Source: Solirubrobacteraceae bacterium
Lineage (GTDB): Bacteria > Actinomycetota > Thermoleophilia > Solirubrobacterales > Solirubrobacteraceae
Assembly (NCBI GenBank): GCA_051005855.1
Contig: JBPCIY010000057.1
Location: forward strand, 7,351 to 71,350
Direction: 5' to 3'
DNA: 64,000 nt
Numbering within the stretch: the first letter of the stretch is position 1; each line of letters begins with the position of its first letter. A program made the position numbers and the translations under genes. The notes below the pieces were generated by a model, which saw nothing but the letters and a program-made list of their open reading frames with translations, was not told the DNA's origin and searched no databases. Positions 48,541 through 57,718 of this stretch are shown here, one piece after another.

Positions 48541-48843
48541 ATGTCCTCACGTGGCAAGAAGAAGACCACCATGGCCAAGCTCTCTCGTGAGAGCCGGCTC
48601 CGCGAGCGCCGAGTCGAAAAGAACGCCCGCAAGAACGCCCGCAAGGAAGCGGCAGCCAACGGAACCACCGAGCTGAGCGGCTTGGAGACCTCCGACCTTA
48701 AGATCCCGGACCGCGAGACCTCCAACCTCGAGATCCCGGACCGCGAGACCTCTAACCTCGAGACGTCCAACCGCGAGGCCAACCCAGACGAATTCGCGCA
48801 CGTCGCACCCCACGCCGACTCACCCGAGGCAACCGGCCCCTGA
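48541..48843 (+). CDS. Small protein with basic N-terminus and acidic repeats
   Basis: SD AGGAGG; MSSRGKKKTTMAKLSRESRLRERRVEK... Confidence 0.7.
   Translation: MSSRGKKKTTMAKLSRESRLRERRVEKNARKNARKEAAANGTTELSGLETSDLKIPDRETSNLEIPDRETSNLETSNREANPDEFAHVAPHADSPEATGP
48685..48774 (+). repeat. Three imperfect 30-bp tandem repeats, in frame (ETSNLEIPDR)
   Basis: Units start at 48685, 48715 and 48745; consensus GAGACCTCCAACCTCGAGATCCCGGACCGC. Confidence 0.85.
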
Positions 48844-48952
48844 AGTCGCCGTTCCCGCGCCGCTCACCGGCCGGCACGGACGCATGACGTGCGGTGAAAC
48901 GGGTCAGTCTTGACCCCGGTCTGTGGTAGCGTGGGCCCTGCGCTCAGTGAGC

Positions 48953-49009
48953 ATCTGCTCTTCTCGCTTCCCGAGCGGCATCTTGGTCAGAAGAACAGAG
49001 AGGCGGTCG
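48953..49009 (+). promoter_or_regulatory. Structured 5' leader element, copy B
   Basis: Matches the reverse complement of 46571-46620; precedes ATG 49015. Confidence 0.6.
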
Positions 49010-49014
49010 GTCAG

Positions 49015-49374
49015 ATGGCTCCTGAAATGCCCCCGGTCGGAGCCGAGATCGTCACCGGCCTCGAGCTGCGGCTCGTGCCGTCACCGGTGGATGGTGAAGG
49101 GATCCTGTTCGAGCGGGTCGCCGTCGACGATCGCCCCTCGGTGGCCAATCACCTCGAGGACCTGGGCGAGATGCAGATCATCGCCTCCGGGCCGCTGCTC
49201 GCGTCGTCGCGCCGCACCGCCCCGGGTCACTCGCGCTGTGTTTGTTGGCAGAGCCTGCGCCTGCTGGGCAGCGTTCGCCGCCACGACCACGATCACCTCA
49301 CCGGCTCCTCGGCGACCGCCGCCTGCCCGGCCTGTGGCCGGGGCCTGGTGGCTGTCCCTCCCGGGTTCGACTAA
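49015..49374 (+). CDS. Hypothetical protein with CxC and CPACG motifs
   Basis: ATG after GAGAGG; ...RCVCW...ACPACGR. Confidence 0.5.
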   Translation: MAPEMPPVGAEIVTGLELRLVPSPVDGEGILFERVAVDDRPSVANHLEDLGEMQIIASGPLLASSRRTAPGHSRCVCWQSLRLLGSVRRHDHDHLTGSSATAACPACGRGLVAVPPGFD

Positions 49375-49619
49375 AAACCGGCGCATCTGGCTCAGGTCCG
49401 GTAGGGTGCTGAGATTCTCCGGCCCGTGAAGAGCTCTGTGGTCCGCTACGGGTATCCTGGCTCGGGATCCGACGTCGGGCGCCTCCAGGATGGCAATGCC
49501 GCCGCGCTCGGGTTCGCCGTGCCACCGCGCCCGGACGACTACGGGCCCGGTCAGATTCCGCCCTCCACCAACTGCACCAGCCAGCAGTTGGGGCTCCCAT
49601 AATCAGCGACGACCCTCGG

Positions 49620-51323
49620 ATGACCAACCCCGGGCCACACCCGTCCGGACTGCCGCCCTGCGACCTGGTGATGAAGGGCGGCGTGACCAGCGGCGTGGTC
49701 TATCCGAGCGCGGTGCTGGAGCTGTCCACGCGCTACCGGTTTCAGAGCCTGGGCGGCACCTCCGCCGGCGCCATCGCCGCCTCGGTCTCAGCGGCCGCGG
49801 AGTACGCACGTCAGCGCTCTGGCTCGATCGAGCTGCGGGGGCTCGATGATGTGGTGCAGGCGTTCTCGCGTCCCGGCTTTTTCCTCGGGCTCTTTGCCCC
49901 CACGGCCGCCGCGCGGCCGATGTTCGACCTCGGTTTGCGGTTGGCTCGCGCTCGCGGCTCCCGGCGCCGGCAGTCAGCGGCCCTCGCGCGCACCGGCATC
50001 GCCTATCGACCGTGGCCGGCGGCCACCGCGCTGATCGCGGCGATCGGGGTCCTGGTGCTGCTGCTCTACGGGTTTCGGCACCTGGCCCTGGCGCCGGCGG
50101 TGGTGCTGACCGTGCTGGCGGCGACGGTGCTGATGATGCTCGCCGCCTGGACGGTGATCGCTCCCCTCGTCTCGCTCGGCCGAGCTGTGCACCACAGCGT
50201 CGGCGCGGATGGCTTCGGGCTCTGCACCGGCATGTCGGCCGGCGCCGGCGAGGGGCTGACCCAGTGGCTGCACCGGCAGATCCAGCACTGCGCGGGGCTG
50301 CCGGCAGACCAACCCCTGACTTTCGCCATGCTCAAAGAGGCCGGGATTGCGCTACAGATGGTGGCCACCGATCTCGGGCTGGCCCGGCCCGTCCGGATCC
50401 CCTTCGCCGAGGAGCAGTACCTGTTCGCTCCGGCCGAGCTGGCGCGGCTGTTCCCGGCCGAGGTCGTCGCGCACGTGCTCAAGGTCGCCGGCGTGCCGGC
50501 GGCCGAGCGCGAGAGCTCGCGGACCTGGTTTCTGCCCTCTGACCAGCTGCCGGTTGTGATCGGTGCGCGCCTCAGCTCCAGCGTGCCGGTGCTGCTGTCT
50601 TCGCTCAGGCTCTACAGCGCCCATGCCGAGGCGAGCGGACCGGTCGAGAGCTACATGACCGATGGCGGCCTGACCAGCAACTTCCCGATCCACTTCTTCG
50701 ACGACTGGCTGCCGAGCCACCCGACCTTCGGGCTCGACCTGGTCACCGGGACCAGCACCGACCCCGACGCCCCGGCCGTGTTCATGCCCGACGGGGACCT
50801 GGGACCGCGTCTGCCTCCCTCCGCGGGCATCCATACGTTGGGCAGCTTCTTCGGCCACGTTCAGGACGCCAGCCGCAACTGGCGTGACGAGCTCCAGGCC
50901 GAGCTGCCCGGCTTTCGTGACCGGGTCTGCCAGATCCGGATGGGGCCCGGCGAGGGGGGCTTTCACCTCGATGCCGATCCGGCCACGCTCGAGCAGTTGG
51001 TCACCCGCGGGCGCCAGGCCGGTCAGGAGATCCTGGGCACGTTTGACTGGGATCGTCATCGCTTCGTCCGCTACCTGACTCTGATGGCTCTCCTGCGGGA
51101 GAACTTCCTGCTCCTCAGCGAGCGCCTGGACAACGTTGGGGCGTGGCCCGAGAACGCGGACGCACCCTTCGCGATCGACGCGGCCACGGCCAGCCGCGAG
51201 CAGCTGCTCGAGGTCAATCGAGCCACGGTTGAGCTGATCCAGCGAGCCGCGGGGCTGTCGGCGCTCGCCGCACAGTGGCGGTCTGAGCCCGAGCCGTCGA
51301 TGCGCGTCGGGCCGCGGGTCTAG
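49620..51323 (+). CDS. Patatin-like phospholipase with two inserted TM helices
   Basis: KGGVTSG oxyanion loop, GTSAG nucleophile, DGGLTSNFP catalytic Asp. Confidence 0.9.
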   Translation: MTNPGPHPSGLPPCDLVMKGGVTSGVVYPSAVLELSTRYRFQSLGGTSAGAIAASVSAAAEYARQRSGSIELRGLDDVVQAFSRPGFFLGLFAPTAAARPMFDLGLRLARARGSRRRQSAALARTGIAYRPWPAATALIAAIGVLVLLLYGFRHLALAPAVVLTVLAATVLMMLAAWTVIAPLVSLGRAVHHSVGADGFGLCTGMSAGAGEGLTQWLHRQIQHCAGLPADQPLTFAMLKEAGIALQMVATDLGLARPVRIPFAEEQYLFAPAELARLFPAEVVAHVLKVAGVPAAERESSRTWFLPSDQLPVVIGARLSSSVPVLLSSLRLYSAHAEASGPVESYMTDGGLTSNFPIHFFDDWLPSHPTFGLDLVTGTSTDPDAPAVFMPDGDLGPRLPPSAGIHTLGSFFGHVQDASRNWRDELQAELPGFRDRVCQIRMGPGEGGFHLDADPATLEQLVTRGRQAGQEILGTFDWDRHRFVRYLTLMALLRENFLLLSERLDNVGAWPENADAPFAIDAATASREQLLEVNRATVELIQRAAGLSALAAQWRSEPEPSMRVGPRV

Positions 51324-51326
51324 GCT

Positions 51327-54300
51327 TCAGCGCCGTCGGCAGGGCCGCGCCCCGCACACTGCGGGGTGCCCACGCAGGTAGCGGACGATGTCCCGAGCCA
51401 GGTTGTAGACGTCCGGCGAGCCCAGCCCGGTGGCCGGGTCCCAGCCCGGGCCGGCGGGATAGAAGCGGTTGCCGCCCCGGGTCACGTCGTGGAAGGGAGC
51501 AAAACGCTGAGGCGAGCCGGCCAGCGCGTACAGGATCGGGTTGAGGTAGCCAAGCTGAGCAACCCCGTGCCGGGCCGCGTACTCGCGGACCAGCGCCATC
51601 GCCGCCGCCCAGAACGGCGCTGCGGCGCTGGTGCCCCCCTCGGTCCCGACGCTGCCGTAGGCGTAGAACGACCACGGGGTGCCCGGATCCGCGGCGGCGG
51701 AGACGTCGGGGAGCTGGCGATGTCCGGTTGACCACGGGCCGCTGACCCCGGAGCCGCGCTGCCAGACCGGGCGAACATCGTTGATGCTCACGCCGCCGCC
51801 GCCGCCAAAGCCCGAGAGCTGATCCTCCCAGGCCGCCTCGCCCGTATAGCGCGAGCCCGGTCCCAGGAGCAGTCGGGTCCCGCCGACAGCTACCGCGTTG
51901 GCGCTGGCGGCCGGCCAATCCACGCTGCGGCGCCGGTCGGCGAGGTCTGATTGCTGGCAGTCATATGCGCCCTGGTCGCCACTGGCGATGAAGGCTGACA
52001 CCCCGGCGCCGACCGCGGCGGCCAGTACCCGCGAATCAGCCGCGCGCTCGGCCGGGTCAAGCCGCAGTTCACACTGTCCCCAGCTCGAGGAGATGATGGT
52101 CGCCCGGCGCTGGCGGACGATCCGATTGATCACGTCGGCATAGGCGCGGGTGGACTGGGGAACCTCGTAGAAGAGGATGTGCGCCCGCGGGGCGATCGCC
52201 CGGATTACGTCCAGGTCGAGGTTGGCCTCGAGCGTCCCTGACGTGTCGGTGGTCCCGCCGTCCACCGGGATGACCTGGATCTGGGGACCACGGAGATGAT
52301 TCTGCCGGGCGAAGGCAGCGGGATCCTGGGGATCGAAGGTCGAGAACGAGACCACGGCGATCGTCTCGCCCTGACCCTGCAGACCGCCCCGGTGAAGCGC
52401 GGTCACACCGTAGGCGGCGGCCGCCGCCGCGGGGTCAAGCCCGGTCAGGGGAACATCGTGGGCGACGAACCGCGGCCCGGTGTCGAGCCCGATCACTCCG
52501 GTGACCACCGAGGTGAGCGCGGCCGGGATTCGAACCGTCCCGCGGACGCCGGTGAAGTGATGTCCGGCCGGGTCGCGGTAGTCGCCGATGCCGACCGAAA
52601 AGAGCCGGCGAACGGTGTTGATGTCGGCGCTGACCGCGAGCTGCGTGCGTTGGGGAGAAGCCGCCTGCACACGCATTCCGGCGGCTCGCAGCCAGCCCTC
52701 CAGCGAGATCAGCGATCGACGCGAGAGACCAAACCGCCGCCCGAACTGGCGGGGGGTGATGAAGTGGCGAAACTGCGGCGAGCGCGGGTTCAGGAGGGCC
52801 GCGAGGGCTCGTTGCATGCGCCGCTGGCCGGGCACGCGCAGGACGAGATCGAAGCTCAGCCGGCGCGGCCCGGGGGCCGGACCGAGATAGCTCACCCGGC
52901 CCGCGCCGGGACTGGGCGCCGGCGCCTGCGCCCCCACGGGTGAGCGGCCGAGGACCGCCCGCGCGCGGTTGACCTGGATCGAGTTCAGGACGTCGTCGGC
53001 CTGGCCGAAGCGCGCAGCCTGCGCGGCGGGGTCGCCGGCCGGCGTGATCACGGTGGCCACGATCGCGATCGGTCCCGTGCGACTGGCCATCACCGCTACG
53101 GACACCGGAGTGTCCGGGGCCTGCGGCAGGTTGGTGGTGGCGCGATAGACGGCGCCCAGGCCCGCGGTCAGCCCGACATTGGGACCCAGGAGCTGGTCGG
53201 CGGCCCCGGGGTCGGGGCTGAGGCCCAGCAGCGCTCCGGATAACACCGACCGGCGCGCGGCGATCAGGGCGCCCGGCGCCGCCGGTGGGGCTGGCGCTCC
53301 CTGCACGGCGATCTGGCTGATCCCGTCACTCGATTGCAGCACGACGCCGTCGCGGCTCTGACTCGCGATCGTCCACTGCCCGCTCACGAAGCGCAGCGAG
53401 TAACCGAGTCCCGCGCTCTGCCAGCCGGTGTAGCCGCTCGAGCTGCCGACCCGGGCCACGGGGGGCGGCGGCGCGCCGCACACGACCCCGGGGCGGCATC
53501 GCGGCTGGCGGGCCTGCGGGGTGGCCACGAGCACCACCGCCAGCGCGGCGACGGCGCCGCCCGCGATCAGGAGCAGCGCGCCGACGCTGCGGGCCAGGCC
53601 GCTCTCACCGACCGACAGCCGGCCCCGAAACGAGCCCGGCGCAGATGGCGTCGCCGCCGTCCCCGGGCGAGTGTTGGGGAGCGCCCGCAGCGCGATGCCA
53701 CAGTTGCCGCAGAAGGTATGGGTCGCCGTCTGGGCCCCGCAGTTGACACACCGAGTCGCGGGCCCGATCTCCCGCTCCCCCGCCTCCTCGAGCAGGCCGA
53801 CGTGCAGCGTCTCGCGCAGCCGCGACAGGGCGACCAGGTCGAGCACGACCAACCACGCCAACCACAGGCCCACGGGCGCAAACGTCTCGGTCACCGTACC
53901 CAGCAGCACCAGCGCCAGGGCCAGCGCGATCGCCGTCTCCGGGCGTCCCAGTGGCCCCAGGGCGCGGCGGTCCCCGACCGGTGCCCGGTAGCGCAGCCAT
54001 AACGCGCCGGCCGCGAAGCCCACGGCGCTCATCGTCAGGACCGGCGTGGCCACGGCCAGCGCCAGCAGTCGGGCGGCCCAGGGCAGGACGGCGCCCGGCG
54101 GCCGCAGACCGCCTTGGATCACCCCGGCCCCCACGACGATGACCTGCGCGGCGGTGAAGCTGACCGCGGACGCGCTGCCGAACGTGGCGCCGTCCAGGAC
54201 GTCGTTGTAGCGCCGATAGGGCAGTAGGACCAGCGGACCGATCAGCATCACGATCACGCTCAACGCGGGCACCAGCAGACCCCCGGTGAGGACCTGGTCC

Positions 54301-54770
54301 GAGCTCGCCCGGTCGATCAGCGCCGCTCCGGTCGGCGCCCAGGCCTGGGTCAGCAGTCCCGCCCCGACGCCGGTGAGCACCCCCCATCCCACGGTCCACA
54401 GGATCGACCACGCGGGCGCGTCGCGGTACACGTCGACGTCATAGAAGTAGAGCAGGGTAATCAGCGGCATGAGCAGCGCGGCGCTGATCATCGCCACTCC
54501 GAAAAGCCGCTCGGCGGTCAGCCCGAGCACGAGCACGCCCCCGAGCAGGACAGCAGCCCGGAAGTGGCGCTCGGAGTGGCGGGGCAGTTGGGGGAACAGC
54601 GTCGAGATCAGCCACGGAACGCGCCGACGCTGCCCGGGGGCGGCCGCGAACTGGGGGCGGTGGCGAGAATGGGCGAGATCAGCGGACAGCGGTGCCCCGC
54701 AGCGCACGCAGAAATTGCCCTCGGGGGTCGGATGGCGACAGGTCGGGCACGGCCGCATTTGGCGCGGCAT
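51327..54770 (-). CDS. Fusion: Zn-ribbon - PrsW-like membrane domain - Zn-ribbon - TM - PsbP-like domain - S53 (sedolisin) propeptide and catalytic domain
   Basis: CPTC/CVRC and CVNC/CGNC; about 9 TM with LDGATFG; propeptide PRSPQFRHFITPRQFGRRFG; EANLD, ASGDQG, VGGT, GGTSAAAP, GWDPATGLGSP. Confidence 0.8.
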   Translation of the reverse strand: MPRQMRPCPTCRHPTPEGNFCVRCGAPLSADLAHSRHRPQFAAAPGQRRRVPWLISTLFPQLPRHSERHFRAAVLLGGVLVLGLTAERLFGVAMISAALLMPLITLLYFYDVDVYRDAPAWSILWTVGWGVLTGVGAGLLTQAWAPTGAALIDRASSDQVLTGGLLVPALSVIVMLIGPLVLLPYRRYNDVLDGATFGSASAVSFTAAQVIVVGAGVIQGGLRPPGAVLPWAARLLALAVATPVLTMSAVGFAAGALWLRYRAPVGDRRALGPLGRPETAIALALALVLLGTVTETFAPVGLWLAWLVVLDLVALSRLRETLHVGLLEEAGEREIGPATRCVNCGAQTATHTFCGNCGIALRALPNTRPGTAATPSAPGSFRGRLSVGESGLARSVGALLLIAGGAVAALAVVLVATPQARQPRCRPGVVCGAPPPPVARVGSSSGYTGWQSAGLGYSLRFVSGQWTIASQSRDGVVLQSSDGISQIAVQGAPAPPAAPGALIAARRSVLSGALLGLSPDPGAADQLLGPNVGLTAGLGAVYRATTNLPQAPDTPVSVAVMASRTGPIAIVATVITPAGDPAAQAARFGQADDVLNSIQVNRARAVLGRSPVGAQAPAPSPGAGRVSYLGPAPGPRRLSFDLVLRVPGQRRMQRALAALLNPRSPQFRHFITPRQFGRRFGLSRRSLISLEGWLRAAGMRVQAASPQRTQLAVSADINTVRRLFSVGIGDYRDPAGHHFTGVRGTVRIPAALTSVVTGVIGLDTGPRFVAHDVPLTGLDPAAAAAAYGVTALHRGGLQGQGETIAVVSFSTFDPQDPAAFARQNHLRGPQIQVIPVDGGTTDTSGTLEANLDLDVIRAIAPRAHILFYEVPQSTRAYADVINRIVRQRRATIISSSWGQCELRLDPAERAADSRVLAAAVGAGVSAFIASGDQGAYDCQQSDLADRRRSVDWPAASANAVAVGGTRLLLGPGSRYTGEAAWEDQLSGFGGGGGVSINDVRPVWQRGSGVSGPWSTGHRQLPDVSAAADPGTPWSFYAYGSVGTEGGTSAAAPFWAAAMALVREYAARHGVAQLGYLNPILYALAGSPQRFAPFHDVTRGGNRFYPAGPGWDPATGLGSPDVYNLARDIVRYLRGHPAVCGARPCRRR

Positions 54771-54829
54771 GGTAGACCTCGGCGTCCAAATCATCGCCCA
54801 CCTCGAATCCTGGGGCGAAGGGGAGTCAA

Positions 54830-56017
54830 GTGCGATTTGTCCGTCATCTGCTGCTGGGGCTGCTCGCCATCGTCGCGCTGCTCGTCGGGGCGATCGCCTT
54901 TGCGCTCTACGACCCCTTCTCCAACGGCCCGCGCGTCCTCCGTCGCTCCGAGCTGGTCACGGCCCCGCGCGAAGACTCCCGCCTGTCAGCGGTCGGCGAG
55001 GCCCCGATCCAGGCCACCGATCCGCCCGCGCTAGCCGCCCTCGCGCTGCGCTACCAGCCGACCGTGGTGGTCAGCGGTTTTGATCGCTTCTGGCCGATGT
55101 CGCTCTCGGCGGCGCTCAAGGCTCGCTGGCACGGACGCGGGCCGTGCCTGATTGAAGCCGGCCATTGCCGCGTCCACGATCCCACCGTGACCTCCCTCAC
55201 CCGTCCCGGCTCCCGCGCCGACTACCTGCAGTGGCCCTCGCCCCTAGACAGCATCCAGGACAACTTCCTGTCGGTCGCGTCGCGGCTGGGGGTGGGGGAC
55301 TCGCTGTTGCCGGGCTGGCCCCGGGGGATCTCTCGGCTGGATCCGTTCGCCTCGGCGCAGGTCTACTTCTACCGTTTGCCGCGCACCACCCGACGCTCGT
55401 ATCCGGGCCTGCCGGGGGGCCTGATCAGCCTCGAGTACTGGTTCTTCTATCCGCTGAACTACTTCCCGATCATCCGTATCCCCTTGCTCGCCCTCAGTCA
55501 CCCGATCACCTCGACGGTCGGCAATACCGACTATCACCAGGGCGACCTCGAGCACGTGGCCGTGCTCCTGGATCCGCGGACCGGGCAGCCGCGCTATCTG
55601 TGGATGGCCCGCCACGCTGACGAGGGTCAGGCCTACCGGTGGCACTCGGCGGCCGTGCAGTGGAACGGAGAGCACCCCACAATCTACGCCGCGCTGGGCA
55701 GCCACTCGAGCTATGCCCACTGCGGCATCCAGCGCCGCACGCGGACCTACTTCTTCATCAACGACTACGTCGTCTGCCTTCCTCACCTGACCTACGGCTT
55801 CCTGCCCGGCGCGACGCCCCTGGTTGACCTCACCCACACCGCGTGGGGGTGCTGGCGCGGTCACCTCGGGGAGGCCGGGCGCCATCTACTCACTGGCATG
55901 GTCGCCCTGGCCCCTTACGAAACGGGCGGCCCGTACTCACCGCTGCTGCAACAGGAAAACTTCCGGACGACCTGTCGCCTACCCCCAGGTACGCCCAAGC
56001 CGGCCACTGCCCTATGA
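54830..56017 (+). CDS. Membrane-anchored or secreted Vps62-like protein
   Basis: N-terminal hydrophobic helix; LEYWFFYPLN, HQGDLEHV, YAALGSHSSY. Confidence 0.6.
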   Translation: MRFVRHLLLGLLAIVALLVGAIAFALYDPFSNGPRVLRRSELVTAPREDSRLSAVGEAPIQATDPPALAALALRYQPTVVVSGFDRFWPMSLSAALKARWHGRGPCLIEAGHCRVHDPTVTSLTRPGSRADYLQWPSPLDSIQDNFLSVASRLGVGDSLLPGWPRGISRLDPFASAQVYFYRLPRTTRRSYPGLPGGLISLEYWFFYPLNYFPIIRIPLLALSHPITSTVGNTDYHQGDLEHVAVLLDPRTGQPRYLWMARHADEGQAYRWHSAAVQWNGEHPTIYAALGSHSSYAHCGIQRRTRTYFFINDYVVCLPHLTYGFLPGATPLVDLTHTAWGCWRGHLGEAGRHLLTGMVALAPYETGGPYSPLLQQENFRTTCRLPPGTPKPATAL

Positions 56018-56086
56018 GGTATTGCGCGGTTGCGGTATGTTTTGCGCCTCAACGAGGGCAGTAGCACAAGTAAAGGGGCGCACCAC

Positions 56087-57700
56087 ATGAGGGCAACGAC
56101 CGTAACCATGCTCGCCGCCGTGAGCGTCGTCGCCCTGGTGGCGGCCTGCGGCGGCTCGACCCACCACCCCAGTCACGCCCAACGGTCCCCGACCCGCGCA
56201 CTCCCCCAGCGAGCCCACGTCGTCTTTGCCAGTGACACCGGAGCCGCGCTGGGCAACGTGTCCAGCGCGCACGTGGCGGGAAAGGTCATCTCGTCGCTGG
56301 GCTTTGATCCCAGCCGCGATGGCTTCTCGTTTCAGAACTACGGCTTCATTGCCGGCAACGAGCTCGATGCGCACGCCATGCGCGAGCTGTTTGGCGATGT
56401 CGTCTGCGCGACCGCCCCGTCGGACACCTGCACCCTGACCCCGGCCGCCGCGCAGTGGGCACAGCAGACCGCCGAGGCGATGGTCGGAGGTCACTGCTTT
56501 GGCTTCTCGATGACCGCGCTGCGCTTCTTCAAGCACAACCTGAGCCCGAGCACGTACGGCGCCAGCATCCCGTACTCGCTCGGGCTGAGCCCCGAGCTGC
56601 AGAGCGAGATCGCCTACGGCTGGGCGACCCAGGTCGTCCCGGCGGTCCAGCAGGCCGAGCTGGTCGGACAGCCCTCGGCGGTGGTGAAATTCCTGGCCCG
56701 GGCGATGCGCAATCCCTCCGGCGAGGTCTACTCGCTCGGCCTCTACAACGGCCCGCCCAGCGACCCCCAGCGCGAAGGTCACGCGGTCACGCCGACCGGG
56801 ATCGCCAGTCTCGGCAACGGCAAGTACGCGATCCTGCTCTACGACAACAACAAGCCGGGGACCACGCAGGCGATGCTGGTCGACGCCAAGGCCGAGACCT
56901 GGCAGTACCTGGTGGCGACCAACCCGAGCCAGCCCAACGCGGTCTGGAGCGGGCAGGGCACCGCCAACGAGCTCGCCCTGGCCCCCCTGTCCTCGATCCT
57001 GCACCAGCAGCAGTGTCCGTTCTGCTCAGCCGCCGGTCGCACCGGGGTCACCACGATCTCGTTGGGCGGCAACCCGGTTGCCCACGCGCACCTGCTCATC
57101 ACCACGAGCGACGGGCGCCGCCTGGGCTACGTCGGCCACCGGTTCGTCAACCAGATCAAGGGCGCGCGCGTGATCCGCCCCGCCCTCAATCAGATCTGGA
57201 AGGCGACCCCGGAGCCGGTCTACCAGGTCCCGGCCAACGACCAGGTGAAGATCACGCTGTCGGGTGGAAACCCCACCGGCAGCGACGCCGCCCAGGTCCA
57301 CGTCTCAGGGCCCGGCTTCGGCGCCACCGTGGCCCGCCTGATGCCCCGCGCGGGGGCACAGGCCGAGATCACGCTCACCCCCGGCGGCGCCAAGCTCTCG
57401 CTCCGCCTCAGTGGCGCGCCCGGCTCGGCACCGACGCTCCAGCTGGCCCGCGACCAGGGCCGCAAGGGCAACCTCGTCACGGTCGCCCCGACGCGCCTGA
57501 AGGCCGGCACCAAGCTCAGCGTCGGCCTGCGCCCGACCAGCCACCGCGTCAGCGTGACCAGCTCGCAGGCCTCGAGCCCGGTGGCCGTAACCCTGCGCTC
57601 GGTCGGACCCCAGGGCACCAAAACGGTACAAAAGCAGAACGTCGCCGTCCACGCCGGGCAGCCGACGACCCTATCGCTCGGCCTGATCCGGGTCGGCTGA
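56087..57700 (+). CDS. Lipoprotein with a putative papain-like Cys-His-Asp domain
   Basis: Lipobox VAAC; DGFSFQNY, GGHCFGFS, GHAV, LYDNN. Confidence 0.65.
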   Translation: MRATTVTMLAAVSVVALVAACGGSTHHPSHAQRSPTRALPQRAHVVFASDTGAALGNVSSAHVAGKVISSLGFDPSRDGFSFQNYGFIAGNELDAHAMRELFGDVVCATAPSDTCTLTPAAAQWAQQTAEAMVGGHCFGFSMTALRFFKHNLSPSTYGASIPYSLGLSPELQSEIAYGWATQVVPAVQQAELVGQPSAVVKFLARAMRNPSGEVYSLGLYNGPPSDPQREGHAVTPTGIASLGNGKYAILLYDNNKPGTTQAMLVDAKAETWQYLVATNPSQPNAVWSGQGTANELALAPLSSILHQQQCPFCSAAGRTGVTTISLGGNPVAHAHLLITTSDGRRLGYVGHRFVNQIKGARVIRPALNQIWKATPEPVYQVPANDQVKITLSGGNPTGSDAAQVHVSGPGFGATVARLMPRAGAQAEITLTPGGAKLSLRLSGAPGSAPTLQLARDQGRKGNLVTVAPTRLKAGTKLSVGLRPTSHRVSVTSSQASSPVAVTLRSVGPQGTKTVQKQNVAVHAGQPTTLSLGLIRVG

Positions 57701-57718
57701 ACAGAGAGGAATCCCGCC

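Noticed and set aside
48685-48774. 30-bp repeats as a CRISPR array
   Set aside because: Directly tandem with no spacers, in frame within a CDS, and no cas genes.
49426-49602. 58-aa ORF VKSSVVRYGYPG...QQLGLP upstream of the patatin gene
   Set aside because: No clear SD or recognisable motif; may be a remnant but unsupported.
49620-51323. Patatin as part of a CBASS system
   Set aside because: No CD-NTase or Cap2/Cap3 genes in the window.
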